DNA from: Rhodospirillales bacterium
GTDB lineage: Bacteria; Pseudomonadota; Alphaproteobacteria; Rhodospirillales; Casp-alpha2
Direction of reading: 5' to 3'
Length of the DNA: 64,000 nt
NCBI GenBank assembly: GCA_048262655.1
Contig: JBLXEY010000009.1
Coordinates: forward strand, 37,095 to 101,094
The position numbers and the translations under genes are program-made. This document shows, piece after piece, positions 29,394-39,252 of the stretch; positions within the stretch are counted from its first letter, which is position 1; each line of letters begins with the position of its first letter. A model generated the notes under the pieces. It was not told the DNA's origin, ran no database searches, and saw nothing but the letters and a program-made list of their open reading frames with translations.

Positions 29394-30490
29394 GCTCACC
29401 CATTGCAAAATCCGGCGTAATGTCGATCAAACCTTATGTTGGTGGCGAATCAGCCCTTGAAGGCCGCGAAGACATTATCAAGCTTAGCTCTAATGAAGGC
29501 GCTTTTGGGCCCAGCCCGCTTGCGCAAGATGCCTACAAAAATGGCGCCAGCGATCTTCATCGCTATCCCGATGGTGGCGCAACCGAGTTGAGACAGGCAA
29601 TCGGCGAGGTCCACAATCTGAACCCGGCACAGATCGTCTGCGGGTCAGGATCTGACGAAATCATTTCCTTGTTATGCAGTGCCTATGCCGGTGAAGGTGA
29701 CGAAATACTCTATAGCCAATATGGGTTTCTGATGTACCCGATTTCAGCGAAAGCCGCTGGCGCTACGCCTGTATCTGCTCCAGAAACCAACCTGACGGCC
29801 GATGTCGACGCCCTGTTAGATGCGGTTACCGAACGAACGCGGATTTTATTTCTGGCAAACCCGAATAATCCGACGGGAACTTACCTGCCGTCAGGCGAAG
29901 TGGCTCGGCTGAGAGATCACTTGCGGGATGATATCTTACTGGTCATTGACGCGGCATATGCTGAATATGTTGCAAAAGAAGATTATACCGCCGCAATTGA
30001 GCTCGTCGACGCAGGCGATAATGTCATTATGACGCGTACGTTTTCCAAGATCCATGGACTGGGCGGCGTCCGCCTGGGTTGGGCCTATGGCCCATCGAAC
30101 GTCATCGACGTTCTTAATCGGGCGCGGGGACCTTTCAATGTAAATGCGGCAGCCTTGAACGCTGGCGTTGCTGCAATTCGAGATCAGGACTTTACGCGCC
30201 ATTGTCGTGATGAAAACTTGCGGGTACTGAGCTGGACCTATGAACAGTTGACCGCGCTGGGACTGGATGTGACCGATAGCGTTGGTAATTTCCTATTGGT
30301 GTGTTTCGCTGACGATACAGCGCGCTCTGCGGAAGCTGCGGATCTGTTTTTGAAAGATCATGGTATTCTGGTACGGAGCGTTGCGTCTTATGGTTTGCCG
30401 CAATGTCTGCGGATCACGATTGGCACGGAGCAAGAGATGCGCCGCGTTGTTGACGTGCTGGGACAGTTTATGGGTAAGAACAGTGAGTGA
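29390..30490 (+). CDS. hisC: histidinol-phosphate/aromatic aminotransferase
   Basis: Class II aminotransferase. 'LANPNNPTG' and 'RTFSKIHGLGGVRLGW' (PLP Lys) are present. Confidence 0.9.
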   Translation: MSSPIAKSGVMSIKPYVGGESALEGREDIIKLSSNEGAFGPSPLAQDAYKNGASDLHRYPDGGATELRQAIGEVHNLNPAQIVCGSGSDEIISLLCSAYAGEGDEILYSQYGFLMYPISAKAAGATPVSAPETNLTADVDALLDAVTERTRILFLANPNNPTGTYLPSGEVARLRDHLRDDILLVIDAAYAEYVAKEDYTAAIELVDAGDNVIMTRTFSKIHGLGGVRLGWAYGPSNVIDVLNRARGPFNVNAAALNAGVAAIRDQDFTRHCRDENLRVLSWTYEQLTALGLDVTDSVGNFLLVCFADDTARSAEAADLFLKDHGILVRSVASYGLPQCLRITIGTEQEMRRVVDVLGQFMGKNSE

Positions 30491-31367
30491 GCCTCGAATA
30501 AAACGTCTCGCACTTGTCGGTATCGGCTTGATCGGATCTTCCATTGCCCATGCTGTTCGCATGCATAAACTGGCTGACCATGTAGCCATCAGCACACGTT
30601 CGAAGGACACGTTGGCGCGTGCAGAAGAATTGAAGCTTGGTGATAGCTATCACGAAGATGCAAACGATGCCGTCAAAGATGCAGATTTGATCATCATCTC
30701 GGTGCCCCTTGGCGCGTATGGAGCGGTTGCAAAAACGATTAAAAACTCCCTTAAGCCCGGAGCCATGGTGACCGACGTTGCGTCGTGCAAAGAATCTGTC
30801 GTTATTGATATGAAACCCCACATACCGCCAGGCGTTCATTTTGTTCCGGGCCATCCGATTGCCGGGACCGAACACTCTGGGCCTGATGCCGGCTTTGCCG
30901 AGCTGTTCATTGGTCGCTGGTGTGTTTTAACACCGCCCTCTGGCACCGACGAAGGAGCCATTGACGCCATTCGACGGTTTTGGATCGCTTTGGGCAGCAT
31001 GGTTGAAATTATGGAACCGGCGCATCACGATCAGGTTCTGGCCATCACCTCGCATCTTCCACATCTGATCGCCTATTCAATAGTCGATACGGCAACAAAT
31101 CTGGAAGAGGATTTGCGTCAGGAAGTGATTAAATTTTCAGCCAGCGGTTTCAGGGATTTTACACGAATAGCAGCGTCCGACCCGGTTATGTGGCGTGACG
31201 TCTTTCTTAAAAACCGCGATGCTGTCCTCGAAATATTGAGTCAATTTACGGAAGATTTAACAGCCCTCCAAAGGGCGATCCGACGCGGCGAAGGTGACAA
31301 GCTACAAGATGTTTTCACGCGAACACGTGAAATTCGCCGCAGCGTCATAGATCATCGTCAGGAATAA
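30483..31367 (+). CDS. tyrC: prephenate/arogenate dehydrogenase
   Basis: Rossmann motif 'LALVGIGLIGSSIA', plus 'HFVPGHPIAGTEHSG'. GTG 30483 overlaps the hisC stop (GTGAGTGA). Confidence 0.85.
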   Translation: MSEPRIKRLALVGIGLIGSSIAHAVRMHKLADHVAISTRSKDTLARAEELKLGDSYHEDANDAVKDADLIIISVPLGAYGAVAKTIKNSLKPGAMVTDVASCKESVVIDMKPHIPPGVHFVPGHPIAGTEHSGPDAGFAELFIGRWCVLTPPSGTDEGAIDAIRRFWIALGSMVEIMEPAHHDQVLAITSHLPHLIAYSIVDTATNLEEDLRQEVIKFSASGFRDFTRIAASDPVMWRDVFLKNRDAVLEILSQFTEDLTALQRAIRRGEGDKLQDVFTRTREIRRSVIDHRQE

Positions 31368-31393
31368 CCAACACTGAGAGAAAGGTGTTAGAT

Positions 31394-31807
31394 ATGGATC
31401 CCGTAATTCAAAGCTTTCTGGCCGGTTTTCCAGTCGTCATGCTGCATTCGTCTGTGACCCTGGTCATCCTGGCCATCGCCATCTTCCTCTACATAAAAAT
31501 AACGCCTTATGATGAAATTGCGTTGATCCGCTCTGGCAACACCGCAGCGGCTATTTCATTGGCGGGCGCCATCATTGGTTTCGCACTTCCCCTGGCTTTT
31601 GCCATGACGAGCAGCGTAAATATCTTTGAAATTTTGATCTGGGGTCCCGTATCTTTAATTTTGCAATTGATCGCATACAGAATTACGGATGTGTTGCTCA
31701 GTGATTTACCAAAACGGATCGTTGCCGGAGAAGTTGGGCCTTCCATCCTTCTTGTTTCGATCAAAGTCGCGGTCGCAGCGATCAATGCGGCGGCTGTGAC
31801 GGGTTAG
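31394..31807 (+). CDS. DUF350 membrane protein
   Basis: Four hydrophobic helices. 'ITPYDEIALIRSGNTAAAISLAG' is the DUF350 signature as I recall it. Confidence 0.68.
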   Translation: MDPVIQSFLAGFPVVMLHSSVTLVILAIAIFLYIKITPYDEIALIRSGNTAAAISLAGAIIGFALPLAFAMTSSVNIFEILIWGPVSLILQLIAYRITDVLLSDLPKRIVAGEVGPSILLVSIKVAVAAINAAAVTG

Positions 31808-31812
31808 CGCTC

Positions 31813-32706
31813 ATGCGCCTTATTGACTGGCTTATGATTTGTGCGGTGATCATTGTCGCACTTGCCGGCAAGATCATTGATTTTGACGGCCAACCGTCTG
31901 ATCCAGAAAACCCGCGTCGGCCAAGCCCTGAGGCTTTTGAACCGAAATTTTGGGATGCAGAAACCCGGAATTGGCTAGCCCAGACTCCACATGGAACAGG
32001 AACAGAAAACCCGGCTTTTGCGCGCTTGCCCGCGGCAGGCATCATTCAAGAAGATACAGTGAGAAACTCTTCCAGCGGCTCCGCTTTTTCAATTTCGGAG
32101 ACGGGAAAGTGGTTAACCGCACGCCATGTTGTATGGGGGTGTGATCGTATATTGATCCAAACTGGCGAACGGCAGGCGCTAAGTGTTACCGATGTCACTT
32201 TTCATCCGCAAGCCGATATCGCGTTGTTATCGACAAGGGGTGCGCCGGCTCCATTTGTCTTTTCAACAGCAACAAATGTTGCGGCAAACGCCTTTGGGGT
32301 TGGTTTTCCCAAGGGACAACCAGGGGCCGTTCATGGTGCTTATCTTGGGGACATGATCATGCAACACCGAGGGCGAAATGGCTATCGGGAACGGGTCAAC
32401 GCCTGGAGTGAGCGGTCACGCATTCCAAATCGCACAGGTTCATTAGGTGGTTTAAGCGGGGGTGTCTTATTGGACACGAATGGCCAGATTATTGGTATTA
32501 TTCAAGCGGAATCCAGGCGCCGAGGGCGGTTTATGACCGCCCAGCTTGTTACCATTAAATCATTTCTAAAAACCCACGACACCAACTACAATACGGGGCC
32601 TGACGCTAAAAATGACCGTGTTCTAACCTCTCAGTTTTACCCCCAGACGGCACGGGAACTGATAACAACCCTGCGTGTCGCGAAGGTCTTCTGTATTGTC
32701 AAATAG
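31813..32706 (+). CDS. membrane-anchored trypsin-like serine protease
   Basis: N-terminal TM segment and a catalytic triad context: 'TARHVV' (His), 'ADIALL' (Asp) and 'GLSGGVLLD' (Ser). Confidence 0.7.
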   Translation: MRLIDWLMICAVIIVALAGKIIDFDGQPSDPENPRRPSPEAFEPKFWDAETRNWLAQTPHGTGTENPAFARLPAAGIIQEDTVRNSSSGSAFSISETGKWLTARHVVWGCDRILIQTGERQALSVTDVTFHPQADIALLSTRGAPAPFVFSTATNVAANAFGVGFPKGQPGAVHGAYLGDMIMQHRGRNGYRERVNAWSERSRIPNRTGSLGGLSGGVLLDTNGQIIGIIQAESRRRGRFMTAQLVTIKSFLKTHDTNYNTGPDAKNDRVLTSQFYPQTARELITTLRVAKVFCIVK

Positions 32707-32711
32707 GCCGC

Positions 32712-33782
32712 TTACCAGCGGATGGGGCGCAATTGCAACAGCTTAAAGGTCCCGGCATAAAGAACCCGATCCTGCACCGTGACCGGCAAATCGAGATAGG
32801 CGTCACCACCGTCTTCCGGTTTTACAGAGAGCACACCCAGCGCAACTTTTGATGCAAAAGAAGCGCCCAACGGCATAAGCCCGCGCTCATACAGGGCATC
32901 GATGGTTTCAAAGAAGCCTTCGGCTTTGACAGATAGCGCAGCGATCGGCTGCATTTGTGCATCTAGTGCCAACGTGCCATTACCTCTCATCCGTAAAGGC
33001 GGATAATCAAGGTCGATCGACTTGAAATCGACCGTCCCTCCTTGATCGCGCCATCGCATCAGTATCTGTGGCCATCCCAACAACCCGACCTCGCCAGTTA
33101 CCGTCCCTTTCGCGTCAAAATGTTTAACCGTGTCACCTAACGGGGCCTCAATTTGCTCGGGCAATTCAATTTCTCGAAGGCGAATTTTAAAAGTCGGTTC
33201 CGCAGTTTTCAGATCATATAAAGAGACTTCGCCTTCTGCGACTTTAAAGGTTTGGTGCAGGGTCGCATCAACGGTTTCCAGTTCTGCAATACGGGTTGAA
33301 ATAGATTGCACGCGTCCATTGTCGAGCCTGACTTCGCCCTGAAAACGATTGGCTGTGCCAGTCAAGCGATGTGGCACACCGGCTTGCAAATACTGCCAGA
33401 TAAAGTCACCTCCTGCGTCAAAAGAGATTTGATTAAGTGCCCAAGGTTTGATCGCAAGGGTAATCTGCTCACCGGACCATTGGCCCCGAGCCCCGCCTTG
33501 GTGCAGTCCCTTTGGGTTCTCGATCTTAAGCTCGATAGTACCGGGAAAGCCTCGTTGGAGTCGGCGCTCGAAAGTGAATTCAAGGCCCTGGTTCTTTTGA
33601 TGGCTGATCCAGGCATCGACCTGTTCTTCAAATTGCGTGGCCACAACAAACCACCAGCCTCCATAAAGTGTGGAACTGATCGCCAACAAAAAAAACAAGA
33701 CCAGCCCGAGTTTCAGTATCTTTAGGGGCAGTGGCGTTCGCATGTCCATATTGGGTTGCTGCGCACTTGAATTTTCGTTCAT
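32712..33782 (-). CDS. DUF2125-like periplasmic protein (N-terminal anchor)
   Basis: About 356 aa with one N-terminal TM. The overall pattern resembles alphaproteobacterial DUF2125 (from memory). ATG 33782 lies 8 nt after AGGAG; the ORF extends to 33824. Confidence 0.5.
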   Translation of the reverse strand: MNENSSAQQPNMDMRTPLPLKILKLGLVLFFLLAISSTLYGGWWFVVATQFEEQVDAWISHQKNQGLEFTFERRLQRGFPGTIELKIENPKGLHQGGARGQWSGEQITLAIKPWALNQISFDAGGDFIWQYLQAGVPHRLTGTANRFQGEVRLDNGRVQSISTRIAELETVDATLHQTFKVAEGEVSLYDLKTAEPTFKIRLREIELPEQIEAPLGDTVKHFDAKGTVTGEVGLLGWPQILMRWRDQGGTVDFKSIDLDYPPLRMRGNGTLALDAQMQPIAALSVKAEGFFETIDALYERGLMPLGASFASKVALGVLSVKPEDGGDAYLDLPVTVQDRVLYAGTFKLLQLRPIRW

Positions 33783-33872
33783 CACATCGGCTCCTGTTCG
33801 TTTCTGTTTATACGTCGTTGCCATGGGGTCTTGAAAGAACTAGCTTCTCGCTAAATCTTTTAGGAACTACGG

Positions 33873-34763
33873 ATGCCCCAGAGCACAACGACGATGACGG
33901 CACCAAAATGGGTGGCTTTAATGCCCCCCGTTTTCGTCTTGTTGTGGAGCACGGGTTTCATTGGCAGTAAATATGGTATGCCTTACGCCGAACCTTTCAC
34001 CTTTTTGGCGTTAAGGTTTGGTATTGCAGCTGTGGCGATGACTGCTATCGCTGTTATCGGGCGTGCGCCTTGGCCCAGAACGTTTACTGAATATCGGGAT
34101 GCTATTGTCGTTGGACTGTTGTTACACGGGGTTTACCTGGGCGGGGTGTTTCTTGGTATATCTTTAGGCACAGGTGCCGGCATATCAGCCGTAATAACCG
34201 GCTTGCAACCCTTATTGACCGCTGCCCTTGCCATCCCTTTTTTAGGTGAGCGCATATCACGCGTCCAAACGGTGGGACTTCTTATCGGCTTTAGTGGATT
34301 GGTTCTTGTTGTTTGGACAGGACAGGGAACAGGCCCCTGGGGCGGTATTGTCGCCTGCCTTTCTGCCTTGTTGGCGATTACCGTATCGACGCTGTACCAA
34401 AAACGGTTTGCCGCAAAACGCGATTTGAGAACGTCCAGTGCCGTCCAGCTATTTGCTGCATTCTTGCTTCTCACATCGGCCGCGTTTTTCTTTGAAACCC
34501 GCGTCGTTACTTGGAGCCCTGAATTTACAATCGCCCTGCTTTGGCTCGCGCTTCCCATGTCCGTCGGCACGTTCTCGCTCCTCAACATAATGATCCGTTG
34601 GGGAGCGGTTGCCAAAGTTACCAGCCTGTTCTATCTGGTTCCTCCCGTTGTTGTCCTGGAAAGCTGGTTTCTGTTTGGTGAAACCCTTAATTTACGCCAA
34701 GGCGCAGGTATGGTATTTGCAGCATTAGGGGTTGCCCTTGTTGCGTCAACAAGGAGAAAATAG
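33873..34763 (+). CDS. EamA/DMT-family transporter
   Basis: Ten predicted TM helices with a duplicated EamA pattern. AGGAA lies 6 nt before the ATG. Confidence 0.8.
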   Translation: MPQSTTTMTAPKWVALMPPVFVLLWSTGFIGSKYGMPYAEPFTFLALRFGIAAVAMTAIAVIGRAPWPRTFTEYRDAIVVGLLLHGVYLGGVFLGISLGTGAGISAVITGLQPLLTAALAIPFLGERISRVQTVGLLIGFSGLVLVVWTGQGTGPWGGIVACLSALLAITVSTLYQKRFAAKRDLRTSSAVQLFAAFLLLTSAAFFFETRVVTWSPEFTIALLWLALPMSVGTFSLLNIMIRWGAVAKVTSLFYLVPPVVVLESWFLFGETLNLRQGAGMVFAALGVALVASTRRK

Positions 34764-34771
34764 GTTACCTT

Positions 34772-35326
34772 ATGAACGAAATTCCTGAAGGCGACATTTG
34801 GGTTTATGCCTACGGCTCACTAATGTGGCAGCCGAACTTTTCTTTTCTCGAAAAACGACACGCTCGGCTGCATGGGTATCATCGCGCCCTGTGTATTTAT
34901 TCCGTTGAGTACCGAGGTACCCGTGAAAAACCCGGACTTGTCTTTGGTCTTAATGAAGGCGGCTCCTGCCAAGGGATGGCCTTTAAAGTCAGTGAAACTG
35001 AAGCTGAAGCCGTCATTGCCTATTTACATGAACGTGAGATGATCACGGGCGTCTACATGCCCCGGTGGCATCAGATCGACTTGTGTGGGAACGACGGCAA
35101 CGAAACCGACCAAGTTCAGGCCTATATTTTTGTTGCTGATCCGACCCACAGCCAATACACGGGAACACTAAACGATGAGGAAACTGTGCGGCTGGTCAAA
35201 CAAGGCCACGGCAAGTCTGGCCCTTGCATCGACTACCTGCAAAACACATTGGATCATCTGAATGATCTGGGGATACAGGACCCTGATCTGGCCCGCATCG
35301 CCAGGATGGCCGGGGAGACGGGATAA
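34772..35326 (+). CDS. chaC: ChaC-family gamma-glutamylcyclotransferase
   Basis: 'WVYAYGSLMWQPNF' (YGSL motif) and 'GLVFGL...GMAF' are present. Confidence 0.8.
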   Translation: MNEIPEGDIWVYAYGSLMWQPNFSFLEKRHARLHGYHRALCIYSVEYRGTREKPGLVFGLNEGGSCQGMAFKVSETEAEAVIAYLHEREMITGVYMPRWHQIDLCGNDGNETDQVQAYIFVADPTHSQYTGTLNDEETVRLVKQGHGKSGPCIDYLQNTLDHLNDLGIQDPDLARIARMAGETG

Positions 35327-35332
35327 AGAGGA

Positions 35333-35884
35333 ATGAGCGCTCTGTCATCAATGCACGACTTGGTTGCGAGAGCATCCCAACCGATTGAACAATCCCTCGT
35401 CGTCGGCTTTTATGATTTGACCGCTTATATGCAGTGGTCAAAACAACAGAGTCCTCTAACTGTTTTGAACTACCTTGATCGTTTTTTCGAACAGACCGGA
35501 GCCATCATTTCGAAAAAAGGAGGGCTGTTCGTTAAGACAATCGGAGATGCCGGGCTATTTGTATTTCCAGGTGACACAGATGCTCACATTGAACAAGCCG
35601 TTCAGAATATGCAGGCGTTTCGGCGACAAACCAATCAATGGCTTGCGCGCGAAACCGACCAAATGGACGTCACGGTGCAAATGGGTTGGGGAACCGTCGC
35701 CTGCGGGCCCGTTGGCGTTAAGGACGACAAAAAATTCGATGTCTATGGAGAGACAGTCAATCGTGTAGCCCTTTTAAAACCACGCCAATTTTGCATCACA
35801 AATAAACTTCACGCAAAACTATCAACCCCAACCGGTCAACAGTTCCAGCACTTAGATGACGGAAGTTGGGAACTCCGTTCCTAG
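35333..35884 (+). CDS. stand-alone class III nucleotidyl-cyclase-homology domain protein
   Basis: 183 aa. 'VVGFYDLTAY', 'VKTIGDAGLFVF' and 'DVYGETVNRVA' align to CHD motifs. The usual 'ASR' after TVN is absent. Confidence 0.6.
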   Translation: MSALSSMHDLVARASQPIEQSLVVGFYDLTAYMQWSKQQSPLTVLNYLDRFFEQTGAIISKKGGLFVKTIGDAGLFVFPGDTDAHIEQAVQNMQAFRRQTNQWLARETDQMDVTVQMGWGTVACGPVGVKDDKKFDVYGETVNRVALLKPRQFCITNKLHAKLSTPTGQQFQHLDDGSWELRS

Positions 35885-38259
35885 CCACACTTCGAATAAC
35901 CGCAGGACGTGCAGGTGTCGCACCCTTCCTGACGCATCAGGGCCAGCTGCGCACACTTTGGGCACTGACGGAAAGGCGATGGTGCCTTGGTGTTTTCTTC
36001 ACCTGACCTTCGGCCTTCATCCTGATAAGTTTGTTGAGGCGATGACATATTGACCACGGCAACATCACTTTGTGGTCCGGTGTTTAACTCACCGCGCGGA
36101 GATAAAAACCCAACCTCTATCATATGCCGTTCGATGACTTCACCAATTGCAGCAAGCAAAGACGGCACATAACGTCCGCGCATCCATTGACCGCCGCGCG
36201 GATCAAAGACCGCTTTCAATTCTTCAACAACAAAAGACACGTCACCACCGCGACGGAAGACCGCAGAAATCATTCGGGTCAATGCAACCGTCCAGGCGTA
36301 ATGCTCCATATTTTTTGAATTAATGAAAATCTCAAATGGGCGGATACGACCGGCATCATCCAAGATATCATTCATGGTGATATACATGGCATGGTCGCTT
36401 TCAGGCCACTGCAACTTATAGGTTTTTCCTGGCAATTCACCGGGCCGGTCCAGGGGTTTGAACATTTGAACGACAGCACCGGAATCACCTGCATCTTGTG
36501 GCATATTCGTTTTATTCGGTTCCTCGAGTGGAAGCTCAGGTTCTGCAGAAGGTGCAGTATCCTTGGGTTTAATTTCAAGAACCGATCCGGTTACATCATT
36601 AGGCCGATAGGTCGTACATCCCTTACAGCCCAGTTCATAGGCCTGCATGTATACGTCTTTGAAATCATCAAAGGATATCTGTTCAGGAACGTTGATGGTT
36701 TTTGAAATCGAACTGTCGATATATTTCTGGACGGCAGATTGCATAACCAGATGATCGTTCGGACTCAGCTGTTGAGAATCGACAAAAGCATCCGGTAACG
36801 GAGCCGCTTCACCAAACATCAACCGGTGCAATCGATACGCATAGTCCGTGACATCTTCTTCCCGGCGCGTTCCGTCCGGCATAAGGACATGGCGGGTATA
36901 TTTAAAACTGAAGACAGGTTCCAATCCGGATGAAACGTTATCTGCAAATAATGAGATCGTGCCAGTTGGCGCAATTGAAGTTAACAAGGCATTGCGAATT
37001 CCGTGCTGGGCGATGGCATTTTTAACGTCCATATCCAGCGCCTGTATGCTTTCGCTCTTCATATATTTTTCGGCATCGAAGAGTGGAAAAGCGCCTTTTT
37101 CCTTGGCCAATTCAACAGACGCCAAATAGGCAGCTCTGGAAAGCGCCCGCATCCATGTCTCTGTTAACTGAACGGCTTTCGCCCCGCCGTAACGTGCACC
37201 GCACATAATCAATGCGTCTGCCAACCCTGTCACACCTAAACCGATCCTCCGCTTGGCAACAGCCTCGTGGCGTTGCTCCTCCAGTGGAAAGTTCGAAACA
37301 TCAACGACGTTGTCCATCATCCGGACCGCCGTTGAAACCAGGCTCGTGAGTTCATCCAGATCCAATGATGCATCATCGGTAAACGGATCATTGATCAACC
37401 GGGCAAGATTGACAGATCCGAGCAAACAGGCCCCGTATGGGGGGAGAGGCTGCTCTCCGCAGGGGTTCGTCGCTTGTATCGTCTCGCAATAATGGAGATT
37501 ATTTTTCTGATTGATGCGATCAATAAAAATCACGCCTGGTTCCGCGTAGGCGTAGGTTGCCTGCATAATCTCGTCCCAAATTTCACGGGCAGGCAAACTC
37601 TTGTAGGTCTGACCATCGAATTGCAGTTCCCAGGCCGCATCTTCTTTGACCGCTTGCATAAACGCATCGGTTACCAGGACAGATAAATTAAACATCCGCA
37701 ACCGTCCGGGTTCACGTTTCGCCTTGATGAAATCAAGGACGTCGGGATGATCACACCGGAGCACCGCCATCATCGCACCACGCCGTGAGCCGGCGCTCAT
37801 AATGGTCCGGCACATGGCATCCCAGACATCCATGAACGACAGGGGGCCTGAGGCATCTGCTCCAACGCCTTTTACGGCAGCCCCTTTCGGGCGGATTGTT
37901 GAAAAGTCGTATCCAATTCCACCGCCCTGCTGCATGGTCAGGGCCGCTTCTTTCAAGCCGTCAAAGATACCGCCGATATCATCGGGTACGGTTCCCATCA
38001 CAAAACAGTTAAACAAGGTTACCGAACGATTGGCCCCGGCACCCGACAGAATACGCCCGGCGGGCAGGAAGCGAAAATCTTCCATGGCTTCATAAAAGCG
38101 CTGCTCCCAATGGGCTTGATCGTCTTCATTGGCAGCTAGAGCTTTCGCCACCCGACGCCAGGAATCAGGAATCGATTTATCGACCGCCTTGCCGTCTGCT
38201 GATTTCAAACGGTATTTCATATCCCAAATCTGCTGTGAAATGGGGGAAACCTGGGCCAT
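35881..38259 (-). CDS. nrdJ: adenosylcobalamin-dependent (class II) ribonucleotide reductase
   Basis: 792 aa. 'NLSVLV', 'ATNPCGEQPLPPYGACLLGSVNL', and a C-terminal CxxC...CxxC tail 'CPKCAQ...CDTCTSCG'. Confidence 0.92.
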   Translation of the reverse strand: MAQVSPISQQIWDMKYRLKSADGKAVDKSIPDSWRRVAKALAANEDDQAHWEQRFYEAMEDFRFLPAGRILSGAGANRSVTLFNCFVMGTVPDDIGGIFDGLKEAALTMQQGGGIGYDFSTIRPKGAAVKGVGADASGPLSFMDVWDAMCRTIMSAGSRRGAMMAVLRCDHPDVLDFIKAKREPGRLRMFNLSVLVTDAFMQAVKEDAAWELQFDGQTYKSLPAREIWDEIMQATYAYAEPGVIFIDRINQKNNLHYCETIQATNPCGEQPLPPYGACLLGSVNLARLINDPFTDDASLDLDELTSLVSTAVRMMDNVVDVSNFPLEEQRHEAVAKRRIGLGVTGLADALIMCGARYGGAKAVQLTETWMRALSRAAYLASVELAKEKGAFPLFDAEKYMKSESIQALDMDVKNAIAQHGIRNALLTSIAPTGTISLFADNVSSGLEPVFSFKYTRHVLMPDGTRREEDVTDYAYRLHRLMFGEAAPLPDAFVDSQQLSPNDHLVMQSAVQKYIDSSISKTINVPEQISFDDFKDVYMQAYELGCKGCTTYRPNDVTGSVLEIKPKDTAPSAEPELPLEEPNKTNMPQDAGDSGAVVQMFKPLDRPGELPGKTYKLQWPESDHAMYITMNDILDDAGRIRPFEIFINSKNMEHYAWTVALTRMISAVFRRGGDVSFVVEELKAVFDPRGGQWMRGRYVPSLLAAIGEVIERHMIEVGFLSPRGELNTGPQSDVAVVNMSSPQQTYQDEGRRSGEENTKAPSPFRQCPKCAQLALMRQEGCDTCTSCGYSKCG

Positions 38260-38487
38260 TCAATCTCTCCTGAGCGCTAACTGTTCAAATACAATGCAAA
38301 TGCACTGTCGCCAATCTAGGCCGCTCTACGTTTTGTATAAAGGAAATGTTCCTGATATGTTTCCACATTTTATGCTCAAAAATCAAGCTTAAAAGATCTT
38401 GTCCGCCCCAAGACTTAGCTTCTTTATCCCTACTATTCACAGGCTGGGGACAGATTAATAAAGCGGTTCCGAATATCGCGCTACAGA

Positions 38488-39252
38488 TTACGGGGTTTGT
38501 TCCGGGTGCACCAAAGCTGCGCGTGTTTCCGGATAACTGGCAATTCCTTCGGCGACCAAACGATCTGTTGCCGCCTCAATCTCAGACTCCAACTTTTCCA
38601 TAAAAGCCCGTCGTTTCAAGCCGGGTTCAATCGGCGGCATGAATTCGACAATTATGGTGCCCGGGCGTTTAATGACACTTCGTCGCCCCCAAAACAGTCC
38701 CGAATTTACAGCAACCGGGATAACCGGCGTCTCTGCGGCTCCGTACATGGCCGCAATGCCGGGATGATATTGTAGCTTACTCCCCGGGGCACTTCGGGTC
38801 CCTTCCGGAAAAATGATAACATTATACCCACGCTTCAACCGGTCTTTTGTATCCGCGATCAATTGCTTCAATGCCGACGCCCCCCCACTTCGGTCGACTG
38901 AAATGGCCCCATACTTATTCGCGGCCATTCCCCAAAATGGAATTCGGTGCAGCTCTTTTTTTAAGACATAGCTTGGGTTGCTAAAAATCATAAAATAAAT
39001 AAACGTATCCCAAGCTGACTGGTGTTTTGCAGCATATATGGCCGGTGTTTCGCTAATATACGAACGACCTCTGACCTCAAACTTTAAACCGACCATTACA
39101 TCGAGCACCCAACACAGGGTTTTTGACCAATTGAACACCACCCAATGCAATCCGGGCCGCGGAAATAACGTACACAGCGCCATGACTGCGAGCGACAATC
39201 CGGTAAAGAAAATAAAAAATCCAGTGAACAACAGCGATTTTATCAATAACAT
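38488..39252 (-). CDS. plsC: 1-acyl-sn-glycerol-3-phosphate acyltransferase
   Basis: HX4D 'KHQSAWD' and 'FPEGTR' motifs. Confidence 0.88.
   Translation of the reverse strand: MLLIKSLLFTGFFIFFTGLSLAVMALCTLFPRPGLHWVVFNWSKTLCWVLDVMVGLKFEVRGRSYISETPAIYAAKHQSAWDTFIYFMIFSNPSYVLKKELHRIPFWGMAANKYGAISVDRSGGASALKQLIADTKDRLKRGYNVIIFPEGTRSAPGSKLQYHPGIAAMYGAAETPVIPVAVNSGLFWGRRSVIKRPGTIIVEFMPPIEPGLKRRAFMEKLESEIEAATDRLVAEGIASYPETRAALVHPEQTP

Noticed and set aside
38260-38487. A cobalamin riboswitch upstream of the B12-dependent nrdJ.
   Set aside because: There is no B12-box-like sequence (AGYCMGGAGACCKGCC-type) and no long multi-stem GC-rich leader. B12-dependent enzymes are not the usual targets of B12 riboswitches.
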